A stretch of 63,957 nucleotides of DNA, the filler included, from Squatina squatina (lineage: Eukaryota), in assembly GCA_031763465.1 (NCBI GenBank). It is 4 parts of 2 records of this genome, joined end to end, with 100 filler letters (N's around TTAATTAATTAA, not from the genome) between each part and the next. Parts side by side here need not be neighbours in the genome. Positions count along the whole stretch, not along the records: positions 1 to 22,569 come from JARFOE010000046.1; 3 more parts are not named here. One strand, given 5' to 3'. This document shows positions 1 through 11,033 of the stretch, one piece after another. The notes under the pieces were generated by a model, which worked only from the letters and a program-made list of their open reading frames with translations, was not told the DNA's origin and made no database searches. A program made the position numbers and the translations under genes. Each line of letters starts with the position of its first letter. The stretch's first letter is position 1.

Positions 1-440
1 ACATTGTCCGCATGCCCGACTCAAGACTCCAGAAACAAGCACTCTATTCTGAGCTTTTGTCACGGCCAGCGATTACCAGGAGGGCAGAGGAAGCACTTCA
101 AGGACATCCTCAAAGCCTCCCTAAAAAAAATTTAACATCTCCACTGACTCCTGGGAATCTCTGGCCTAAGACCGCCCGAACTGGAGGAGAAGCATCCATG
201 AAGGCGCCAACCATTTCGAGCTTCTCCAGCGGGAGCACATGGAGGCCAAGCGCAGGCAGCGGAAGGAGCGCGCGGAAACCCGAGCATCCCATCCTCTCAC
301 CCCATCAAATACCACCTGCCCCACCTGTGGTAGAGTTTGTGGATCCCGGATAGGACTGTTCAGTCACCTCAAAACCCACAACTCCGGAGTGGAAGCAAGT
401 CATCCTCGACCTCGAGGGACTGCCTAAGAAGAAGAAGGAA
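1..440 (+). mobile_element. 3' end of RTE-clade LINE (degenerate ORF2 C-terminus with C2H2-like finger, (AAG)n tail)
   Basis: Across frameshifts reads MPDSRLQKQALYSEL..GQRLPGGQRKHFKDILKASLKK..WRRSIHEG..CPTCGRVCGSRIGLFSHLKTH, followed by aagaagaagaagg at about 426-438. Confidence 0.8.
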
Positions 441-527
441 CCTATAGGGATTGATGGACTGATAATTTAAAACTCCGATTTCGTATTCTTAGTAAATCAC
501 CCTTTTTATTGAAAAGGGCAGGTTAAA

Positions 528-835
528 AATTCACTATATTTATCAATGACTTGAATGAAGGAATAGAGGGCCGTATATCCAAGTTTGCTGACGATACTAA
601 ATTAAGTGACACAGTAAGTATTGTAGATGGGAGCAGAAAGTCGTACAGGAACGTTGATAGATTAAGTGAGTGGACAAACTGTGGCAGGTGGTTTTCAATG
701 TGGGGAAGTGTGAAGTCATCTATTTTGGACCTAAGAAAGATAGATCAGAGTATTTCCTAAATGGTGAGAAACTAGGAACTGTGAATCAGCAGAGAAATTT
801 AGCGGTCCATGTACAGAAATCACTATAGATTAATG
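528..835 (+). mobile_element. CR1 LINE reverse-transcriptase fragment
   Basis: FTIFINDLNEGIEGRISKFADDTKL...DRLSEW...FNVGKCEVIYFG...YFLNGEKLG; contains the CR1 RT KFADDTKL motif; frameshifted. Confidence 0.9.
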
Positions 836-1884
836 GACAAAAACAAAAAATAATTGCTAATATAGTATATTAAAAAAGGGAAAGGTACAGTAATGCTTGT
901 TCAATTCAATTTGATGGATTTAATTTCAGTGTTGAGTGTGTAATAATGTGCCCGGGCATGGGGCGTTAGGACACAGGTTCCTTCTTACAATTCCCCACAT
1001 GGTTCGTTTCCACTCTCGAGCATTATTTTGGGGAAGCTTTGAAAATAACATTTAAAGATATGATAATTGATCGCACACATACCCTGCCCTACAAGAGAAT
1101 TAATAGAATGGGGAGACCTAAAATGCAAGTTTAGAAACTGGGCAGAATTACTGAAAGATTTTCTTTTGTTGACTGATAAAGTAGGCATGGGGGCATTAGG
1201 TCATCACTTTATTAACGCCAAGGGCACTATTGACACGCCTATAATTTGCTGCAGGAAGGTTGCACTACAAACTTTCCCACAGTAGGGGAGACACTACACA
1301 CTGCTGTAAAACACAGGCAAGAGTTAAATCCATTAGATGGTCACTTTTAAATCCTAATCTTCAATGAGCTTATCACACAGGCATAAACAGTGGCAGATTC
1401 TGCTTAAGCATCCTGTTTGGAAATAACCAAATCACTACATGACAGTGGCATTGTAAGAGGTCAGAACCAGTGACAAATGGTCTGAACACAGATTCTGAGC
1501 TATGCTGTGGTGGAGCCACACTGAGTGAAAGCCACAGGAAATTAGAGAGTCTTCCCATTCTTCTCCCAAGAACCTCGAGTGAGTTTCAATGCTTGAGGGC
1601 AGGACAACTGCGCACTTGACCCTACATGAGGAATAACAGGAATATGCCCTTGACCCTACACAAGGCACATAACAGATGTGCACTTAACCCTACGTGAAGC
1701 ATATAACAGGGAAGCTATACAAGAGGAGTGCAGGAGAAATACTTGAAAAAATGTAAAATGTCATNNNNNNNNNNAAACATGCTCATCGACTGAACAACTC
1801 AAACTTACACAGCATCCTTATCATAGAAAAAAAATGCTAACTGGCATAAGGAAAAATTGGACTCCAGCCAAATGTGGAGCGATT

Positions 1885-2350
1885 TGAAGGGGTGATCAAA
1901 AGCTTGATTTTAAAAAGTTGTTAAATAAGTGAGTTTTAAGGAGGTTTTAAAAAAAAAAGAGGTGGAGAGAGGGAGGGAGGGAGGGATTTAAAGACCATGG
2001 GGCAGAGGCAGCTGAAGGCATGGTCACCAAGGGTCGGGTGAAGGGATGGTGGTGTGAGAAAATTTAAAAAGAAGCCAGAGTGATAGGAATGGAGCTTTCA
2101 GAGGGTGGAAGGGTGATGGAGGAGGTCACAGAGATGTGGTGAGATCACAAAAGTGAGAATGTTAAAATTGAGCCAATGGAGGGCTGGGAGCCAATGTACG
2201 TCAGTAAACACAGGGGTGATGTAGGTGTGGGATATGATGTGCGCAGCAGAAATTTTGATGAGCCGAAGTTTATGGATGGAAATTGAGGGATGCTGGCCAG
2301 GAGAGCAGAGTAATCAAGTCTGGAGATGACATAAGCATGAATGAGGAGGC
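1885..2350 (-). mobile_element. L2-type LINE 3' fragment (degenerate)
   Basis: Reverse complement resembles the L2 3' end at 8846-9200 (gccttcagctgcc..., aaaacctccttaaaac, tttgatca). Confidence 0.6.
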
Positions 2351-3593
2351 ATCAATTGGAATTTGCAGCAGGTAAACCGCAACTCCGAGCCTTTTCCAGT
2401 ACTTCTTTCTGGATTTTGATAAAGTTGATATTAATTGTTGGGATTTTGCATCCATTAAACCACTGCAGTTGGACCATGATAAAACAGTTTGAACGTACCC
2501 AGTTTATCAGGAAATATTTGGGCATGCAAGAACCAGAGTCATTGATGCTGCAGAATCCATACATCACACTTTGGTTGTCAAACTTTGTGGCAATTTCCTG
2601 CAGACCACCAGCTGAACAATGAAAAGGAACTCGAGGAAGAGATGTAGACAATTTACAGAAAATTGTAACAAGGCTGTAAAAATGAGAGTGCAGAGAAGGG
2701 GATGTGTTTTTATAATGTTTCTAGTTCTCCTTACTGATAAGTTCTTTTTAGTCCAACACAGAATAAGGTAGAGCTCGATCTGGTTCCATAGAATGAAAGA
2801 GAAAGTAGGTCATGTAAAGGTAGGGAAAAATCTAGGAAATAGGGACAATAACATAATTAGGCTCTATATAAATAAAGTTATTTGACTTGATAAAAAGGCA
2901 ATTCAATGAGACAAAAAGGAAACTAGCCCAGAATAATTGAGAAGAAAAAATGGCAACTAAAACTGTGTGCATACAATGAGAAATGTTCAAACCGGAGATG
3001 ATCAGGTTGAAGATTAGTTCCTAGAATTTCCACATGGTGAGTAACACTGCTTTTATGCCAATGGAAAAGGAATTACTGTCCATGTGCTGAAGAGGTATTT
3101 ACTCCAGAATTTCCTGGGACAGCTGCTTCGCAAATCCATTAGAGTAGTGATTGGTGTAAAACAGGAATAAGCTGCTGGAATGCATGCAAATTAGTATGCA
3201 GCCTTTTAGCAAGTAGTTCTGGCTGAAGATGGCAGCAGCACACTGGAGAGCAGCAAGTCAGTAAGGAACAGTGCTTGGCTCAGTCAACTGACTGTCAGCT
3301 AACTTGGCTGGGTGTCTTGTGACTGCTTTTGTTCTACTTTACAAGAAAGTCCAAGACTGAAAACCTAGCAGAGGCAGCCAAACAAAGGCAAGGAACAGAG
3401 GCAGAGAAGATGATGACAATTCATCAGAAATGGACCTGCAAATCCTTCTGGAGGGAATTGAGCTCAGGAGACACAGATTGCTGCGTGTCCATGGCAGGAA
3501 CCAACAACAACTTGTATTTAGTGCCTTTATAGTAAAACGTCCCAATGCGCTTCACATGAACTACATCAAACAAAATTTGACATTGGGCCATAG

Positions 3594-3858
3594 GGACTCG
3601 ATAGTGTAGTGGTTAAGTTGCGGGACTAATAATCCAGCGTGCTTGGACTATTGATCCAGAGACATGAGTTCAAATCCCATCATGACAGCTGTGGAATTTA
3701 AATTCAGTTAGTTAAATATTCTGGAATTTAAAAAAAAAAGCTAGTGGGTCAGTAAGGGTGACCATGAAACTATTGGATTGTCGTAAAAACCCATCTGGTT
3801 TACGCATGCCCTTTAGGGAAGGGAATCTGCCCTCCTTACCTCATCTGGCCTATATGTG
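3594..3858 (+). mobile_element. tRNA-derived head of a SINE/LINE family (truncated by gap)
   Basis: A-box-like TAGTGTAGTGG and B-box-like GAGTTCAAATCC; colinear with the reverse complement of about 20530-20790. Confidence 0.75.
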
Positions 3859-5232
3859 NNNNNNNNNNNNNNNNNNNNNNNNNNNNNNNNNNNNNNNNNN
3901 NNNNNNNNNNNNNNNNNNNNNNNNNNNNNNNNNNNNNNNNNNNNNNNNNNNNNNNNNNGAGTATGTGGACAGTCACTGGCAGTGCAAAAGTAATTCCAAT
4001 TATTTCCTGTATTCCAATGCTTGAATAGCAGAAACCTTGTACAACCTTGCTCCACCTTGACAGAAAAAAAGAGTTCTAAGCATTCGACTCCTCGCTTTAG
4101 CCTGTCGGTGAGTAAGGTTACACATCTCAACAGATTTAGATATGTAAAGATGTTGGAAGGTTATAGACCCATATAATTAGAAGTCTGCCAATACAGACAT
4201 ATACTTGAACAGCAATTCAGCAATTTTAAATTAAAGCTGTGGACTATTTAAAGGTTGTTACTGTATTGTCGATGACTTGTACAGATCGATGCCCAAATCC
4301 CATGGAGTGCAGAGATTTGAAACTTGCTGTACATTAACCAGGCATACATTTTCTTACAAGACTGTAATTAAACTGGGTTACTGCAGGGTATTCTGCATCT
4401 TTTATTTTCAAATGATGGTGAATCTGACTCAAATCCAGTTGGAAAGGCTTAATGTTAGAGACATAAATCTAGCCTGCAGTAGTCACATNNNNNNNNNNNN
4501 NNNNNNNNNNNNNNNNNNNNNNNNNNNNNNNNNNNNNNNNNNNNNNNNNNNNNNNNNNNNNNNNNNNNNNNNNNNNNNNNNNNNNNNNGTAACTTTTCCA
4601 ATCTCAACCAAAGGCAATCTCCCCTCAAATACCAGATCAATCCTTTCACAGTCAGCCACACCAATCCTCCTTCTGCTATTCCTCTCCATTTACATCCCTC
4701 ATTCCCTCTCCCTTCAGCTGTCACTCAAGTATCAGGTATCCATATTGCATGTGAAAAAGAATCTAGTGTACCCATACTATCTAACATTTTCTTCTAGAGT
4801 TTATATAGGACTATCCTTCTGGCGGATGGTCATGAACAGAGTACTTCCTTTACAATTTTTTTCACACCCACTCTTTCCCAAAACACTGCTTTCTTCATAA
4901 AGCCAGAATCCTCAAAAGAGATAGGATGACATTAACTATGTGAAAATTGAATCAGATTAACTGCAGGATATTACACTTGGACAGACAAACGAGACACCCC
5001 CACAGGCAACCCGTGAGGTTAAATGGGACATGCCATTCCCACCACACAAACAACATTGTACAGGGGTTGGAAGCCCATTACCTAATCATGCAAGAATCCC
5101 ATTGTATGGAGGAAGGGATTAAAAAGAGGAAANNNNNNNNNNNNNNNNNNNNNNNNNNNNNNNNNNNNNNNNNNNNNNNNNNNNNNNNNNNNNNNNNNNN
5201 NNNNNNNNNNNNNNNNNNNNNNNNNNNNNNNN

Positions 5233-5472
5233 TTGGCCAGGAATAACTCCCCTGGTCTCTCTTTGAAATGGTGCCATGTGATCGTTTATGTCCACCTGAG
5301 AGAGCAGATGGGGCCCCACTTTAACATCTCATCTGAAAGACAGCACCTCCAACAATGCAGCACTGCCTCAGCACTGCACTGGAGATTTTTCTGCTCAAGT
5401 CCGTGGAGTGGGACTTGATCCCACAACCTTCTGACTCAGGCGTGTGTACTACCCACTGAGCCACAGCTGACA
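5233..5472 (-). mobile_element. DeuSINE (SacSINE1/AmnSINE1-related) 5' half
   Basis: The reverse strand has a tRNA head (gtggctcagtgggtag...gggatcaagtcccactcc) and the Deu-domain core gcattgttggaggtgctgtctttcagatgagatgttaaa. Confidence 0.8.
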
Positions 5473-8057
5473 GGAAGTCCGCCTAGCCTATCTCGCAGGC
5501 CTGGAATTTCAACCATATGTACAGATTGGAGCATCCACTGTCTGATGAAGTCTGGAGTGTCAAGAAGGGAACCTTGGCATGGATCATCTGTTAAAGTTGT
5601 CTATTTTATTGACTGTGTGAAGTTGGAAATCAATCAAAAGATATCCTGTGATGAAAGCAACCACTGGAGTGACTTTCATAGAGAAATGATCATTAAAAAG
5701 AAGCTTCAGGCAAGTGACTTATTTTTCCTGCAGAAGATAATGTTTGGCTTGGGAAAAGAATAATACTGGGTCTACAGAGGGGATTATAAACCTTGATTAG
5801 TTGTCTTAGCTTCAGCGGTAGGAATATAAAAGATAGTCTGTGCCTGGCCATATATTTCCCAAAGGAGGCTGACTGGAAAACTCACTGACATGAATATCTT
5901 ACATGACACATTTCAAACTTATATTTAAAGTGCTTTATTGTATAAGTTTGATTAATGTACAGTGCATTTTAATAAGGGATGGAGGTGCCTTTAATATTTC
6001 TTATAAAGTGAACTATCTCTTGCCTTTTCCGAAGAATTGAATTCACTGGACTATCTAAAAGCTGAACAGAAGTTGACCTACAAGTGGCACACACACACAC
6101 ACACCACTGTATTGCTGGTGCTTCTATTCACTACAAAGATATAAAGGCCAGTTAAGTTCCATGACCCTGGTTGAAACACTGCTGGAGTGGGGAGCTGAGT
6201 TCTCCCAACTTAGTGAGGTTCAATTACAAATATAATTTGAACTTTTGGACAGAATTCTCCTTACGCCACATTATGCAGCAAGGATAGCATGTTTTTTTCA
6301 TATATGCTATGCACTATAAATATCAGGGAGCAGTGAGTTGGACCAGCAATCAATGCATCCACTGACATCCAATTCTTTAGAAACATCATGAATTACAAAA
6401 CAGGGCTCCTTTAGGAAGAGAGAAAAATATGTAGTGTTTTTAGAACTGTAACCTAGCTCACCAGTCCACTGTGCCGTTTAACTGAAAACACACTGTTGCA
6501 CAACACATCTGAGCAGGTGGATGGGATGAGGAAGGAACTGGTTAGAAGAAATGTAGAAACAGCAGTCAGTGCTCTTGGTCTGTGGCTTTACAGAGAGGAG
6601 GGAGGAAAAGAAAAGAAAACTTGGCAGCACTCAGTAAGTTTTTCCAATTTCACCCAAGGACATTTAATTAATTACATTTTTGAGCATTTTATTTTAGGCA
6701 GATATTATTTGGCTGTGTCACTGTTCAGGGCAGATATAAGATCACAAACCAGGTTTTATATTTCAATTTAATGGTTACTGACTCAACTCCATTCACGGGA
6801 GACCGATAAATCCACAAATAGCTTTTACGTTTCAGTTTTACTGCATGCTACATTAACCTTTTGTTTAGCTGTGGTAAGTTTACGAGTGTGGAACTATAGT
6901 CTATTTTAGCCACAGCACAATGTACACAGCCATCTGGTTCTGTGGTAGGTTCAGGCCATAATGCTAAGCAAGGCTTGAATATCCTGATTTAAGCCATTCA
7001 TCTGCATTAGTGATATCCTTAGAGGATTAAACTGTCCTTTTTCCTTCAACCAATTGGTTGAATCAACGTTGCCACTCACACAGATGTAGGCCTCAGTGTC
7101 CAGGTATTACTCCTTCATTTGGATAAATATAAACTGCGCAATGCACAGTTTATGGTGACAAAGAAAAAACAGCACCACCCACCGTAGCCACAAGGAATCT
7201 GGTGCCTCTCAGAATCCTGAAGAAATGCCGACCAAATGGACATGATTTTTTTTAAATAACCCTGTTTTGATTAAAGAGCATCACCCCTNNNNNNNNNNNN
7301 NNNNNNNNNNNNNNNNNNNNNNNNNNNNNNNNNNNNNNNNNNNNNNNNNNNNNNNNNNNNNNNNNNNNNNNNNNNNNNNNNNNNNNNNCGATGGGAGAAG
7401 AGGTTTGTCCATCACACAACAGCCTTAAGCGGCTCAGATTCTTTGACACAGCAACTTCAGACCACAAACCCAGGAACCGCAGGTACTGGCGTCGCCCTCT
7501 GCTACCATCAGAGATTATCGAACTGCAAACAGCATTTAATATTTTACAAATGAAACAATTGAAGAATAATGAATTATAGGAAAACACGTTAAAAATGCAC
7601 CTCGATGAATATAAAATAACCCACGAACCACCCGCGAAACAATGCAATTAACTGCAGATTTTTCATAGCTATATTGAACCATGGCATCTCAAGGGTATCG
7701 AGGACGATCCCTATATACACACCATTCATTAATCAGGAAAAGAAGTCAATATGAAATCCCGTTATATAATCGCCAGAATGTTGAGTCCATTTTAAAATGT
7801 TTATATTTCATAACTATAAAATTTATTTGACACCATTGTTGATATTTATATATATTACATGATGGTTTTTCCTTGCATCCAACGGTGCCCTATTGTTCGC
7901 CTGGAGCTAGGCGCTGGTGCATTTCCCAACTCTGCAATAGGAGGAAATCCCCAAAGCCGGGATCTGCTGCGATTTACCATCTGCATCCCTCCATCTTCAT
8001 CTTTACCCCGAACCTCATCTCCACTCCCGGCCCAGCTCACTGCCGAGCTTCCCTTAC

Positions 8058-8158
8058 CAGTCGGTGGAAGTCTNNNNNNNNNNNNNNNNNNNNNNNNTGA
8101 TGACATCCTCATAGGCTGTGAGTAAAGCAAGTCTGTTATTACTAAGATTGAGCGCCAT
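8058..8158 (-). CDS. DBN1: Drebrin (ADF-H domain) coding exon 1
   Basis: Kozak-like GGACCATGG, then MALNLSNNRLALLTAYEDVI[gap]TSTDW with a phase-2 donor TG|gtaagg. Aligns to drebrin's RLELLAAYEEVIREESAADW better than to DBNL. Missed by the ORF track. Confidence 0.8.
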
Positions 8159-8209
8159 GGTCCCTGCTCCCATTGAGATCTCTCCGGCTCCGAGGCTGCA
8201 GCTGCGCTC

Positions 8210-8746
8210 GCTCTGAAACGGAACAAAGACTGCTCCCGCACTGCGCCGGGTCCTAGTGCCTGCTAGGGTACCCGCCCCACACTGAAACTGAACAAAGGCT
8301 CCTCCCTCACTGCGACGGGTCCTAGTGCCAGTACTGTGCCCGGCCCGATCTGAATCTAAACAAAGGCTCTTGTTCGCCCAGTACTATTATTGGCCTGACA
8401 GCCCGCCCCGTCTAAAGCGGAACCAAAGGCTCCTCCCCAGCAGGGTCCTAATCCCTGCCCCACTATGAAACTGAACAAAAGTTCATCCTACACTACGCGA
8501 GGATTCTCGTGCTGGAGTGGTACTTTTCCTGCATTCAAACTACGGCTCTTCCCACAGTGCACAGGGTCCTAGTGCCTTCCGGGGTATCCACTCCGCCCCT
8601 CCCTGAAACTGAACAAAGGGTACATCTGCACTGCATAGGGTCCTGGTATATGGCCCTCTGTAAAACAGAGCAAAGATTTATTCTAGCTATACTCTGTGCC
8701 CACTCTGGAACTGAACAAAGACTCTTCGAGTATTGTGCTGAGTCCA
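8210..8746. repeat. Degenerate tandem array of about 9 units (about 50-70 bp) directly upstream of the DBN1 start; probable promoter/5'UTR
   Basis: Recurring ctgaaactgaacaaagg...cactgc..gggtcctagtgcc...cccgcccc units starting near 8213, 8282, 8350, 8412, 8465, 8533, 8603, 8658 and 8705. Confidence 0.75.
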
Positions 8747-8845
8747 NNNNNNNNNNNNNNNNNNNNNNNNNNNNNNNNNNNNNNNNNNNNNNNNNNNNNN
8801 NNNNNNNNNNNNNNNNNNNNNNNNNNNNNNNNNNNNNNNNNNNNN

Positions 8846-9200
8846 NACCTCCCTATCTCTGTAACCTCTTCCAGCCCTACAATCCTCCGAGATCTCTGCC
8901 CTCCTCTAATTCTGGCCTCTTGTACATCCTCTATTTTAATCACTCCACCGTTGGCGGCTGTGCCTTCAGCTGCCTAGGCCCTAAACTCTGAAATTCCCTC
9001 CCTAAACCTCTCTGCCTCTTTACCTCTCTCTTCTTTAAGATGCTCCTTAAAACCTACCTCTTTGACCAACCTTATGGTCCTCCGTCCTAATATCTCCTTA
9101 TGTGGCTTGGAGTTAAATTTTGTTTGATAACGCTCCTGTGAAGCACCTTGGGATGTTTTACTACATTAAAGGTGCTATATAAATGCAAATTGTTGTTGTA
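8846..9200 (+). mobile_element. L2 LINE 3' end with tail
   Basis: PPYLCNLFQPYNPPRSLPSSNSGLL...TVGGCAFSCLGPKL*NSLP...FKMLLKTYLF (L2 ORF2 C-terminus), then the 3' UTR gtgaagcaccttgggatgttttactacattaaaggtgctatataaatgcaaattgttgttgt. Confidence 0.85.
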
Positions 9201-9897
9201 CAAATCTCCTCACAGTTCATTATAATCTGATATCTCTGAACGTTTCTTTTGCAATTTGAGCATTAATCTACAACTAGCACACTTCAGACTGCAAACAGAT
9301 TATTATCCAGTGGCCCCAGAGAAAATGCACATGTGGATGTGTTGGGTAAGAAAAGATCAAGCTCCGTTGTTATGTCTCCCTATACCACTCTGCTACTTCA
9401 ATTTAATTGTACTGTCATATTTATTGAAAAGAATTTTAATCCTTCACCCACTTTTGACTGGTATTCTCAAGTTTTAAAATGTACTCTAAGCCTAAAACTT
9501 TTGGAGGTAAAGAAGTTATAGAATAAGCTGCACCTGTAGACCATCAAATTAAAGATTAATCCTTTTGATTGAGTAATGTGGAAAAGAAATCAAAGCTTAT
9601 ATAGATTTAAACAATCTTAATTTGAATATCTATGAACTGTAATAATGCATTACACCCATTTGAAGCATATAAGAACAGTTTTCAGAGGGATTTGGAAGTC
9701 CCAGCACATGAAGTACTGAGTTAACATGCAGCAGTGAAGATGTTAAATAGTAGTTTTGTCTTTATTGCAAAAGGATTGGAGAAAAGAGTACATCTTGNNN
9801 NNNNNNNNNNNNNNNNNNNNNNNNNNNNNNNNNNNNNNNNNNNNNNNNNNNNNNNNNNNNNNNNNNNNNNNNNNNNNNNNNNNNNNNNNNNNNNNNN

Positions 9898-10380
9898 TTT
9901 TCCACTGCAGTAATTGTGTTTTTTTTCCAATATATAGCTACTTCCCCTCCATTCCCAATTTGCCTGACCTTTTTCAAGATCCTATTGCCTGGCATATTAG
10001 CTCCCTATCACACCCATCTTGTTTGCTAATTAGCAAATCTTAAGTGTTCATGGAACTATCCCAGCATTCATCCACTCTGAAATGTTATGAAAAAGAAGGC
10101 AGCTGATTTTAGCTGTTTGTTTTAGACCTCAATCACTGGAAAGTTTGTTTTATCTATTCTGTCTCAATCCTTCATAACTTTAAGCACCTTTATCAAATTA
10201 CCCTCTAATATATGCTCTATTCTAATGCAAACAGTCCCAATTTTTCCAAGTCTTTGCATTTATGTTTCCTCATACCAGGTAGCACCTTTTGGAATCTTTG
10301 CTGTACCCCCTTTATTGCCTCAGCATCCTTCCTTTAGTGTGGAGCCCAACAAAGGTTTTACACAGATTCATCATTAACAG
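9898..10380 (-). mobile_element. Degenerate CR1 LINE 3' fragment
   Basis: Resembles the better preserved minus-strand CR1 copies at 17768-18135 and 51260-51735. Confidence 0.5.
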
Positions 10381-10933
10381 AAGGCCATTAGATGACACAA
10401 AAGATTAACTCCCTCTGTGATTGGTTTACCTATTGATCCTTTCTCCTTCATCCCTTTTTTTCCAAACGTACTAAAACGCATGTTTTTTTTAACGGCTTCA
10501 GTTTGGGTTAAGGGTGCACACTAAAAACAAAAGCTTATCTTTTCTCTTTACAGATGCTGACTGATCTGTGTTTTATTATAGTTGACCATAACTTTGGATT
10601 TTCTCTCGCCCATAATCCTGTTTTTTCTAAATGTGCAATTCAGTTTGCATTTTTAAAATCCATGTTCCATAACATTGGTGAAATTGCTCTATTACATTTA
10701 GAGCAGTTTATCATGCTATGAAATATGGATACGATCTATTGCTGTTAAGGGATGAAATTGGAAAGGATGAGGAAAGGAAAATGGATAGCTGAGCAAATAG
10801 TTATAAAATAAAAGTGTCCTTGAAATTTCAACTTTTGAAAANNNNNNNNNNAATGTACCTTTTTATAGGCAGGTAATTGCATTATTCAACAGTTGTTTAT
10901 AATGGCAGGTAACTAAGTTATAATCTTTCACAG

Positions 10934-11033
10934 CTGCAGCTGATAAAGGCTACCCCTGTAACACCTGTAACATTGTACTGAACTCAATAGAACAGTATCA
11001 GGCACACATCCAGGGAACCAAACACCAGAACCA
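10934..11033 (+). CDS. ZNF346: dsRNA-binding C2H2 (matrin-type) zinc-finger exon, last finger of ZNF346/JAZ
   Basis: tttcacag|..[32 protein letters not shown]..|gtaagt; matches ZNF346 [22 protein letters not shown] better than ZMAT4. An alternative acceptor gives a start at 10940. Confidence 0.85.

Noticed and set aside
6594-6633. Short tttacag...gtaagt segment on the + strand
   Set aside because: Low-complexity purine run antisense to the DBN1 region with no homology; chance splice-like motifs are expected.
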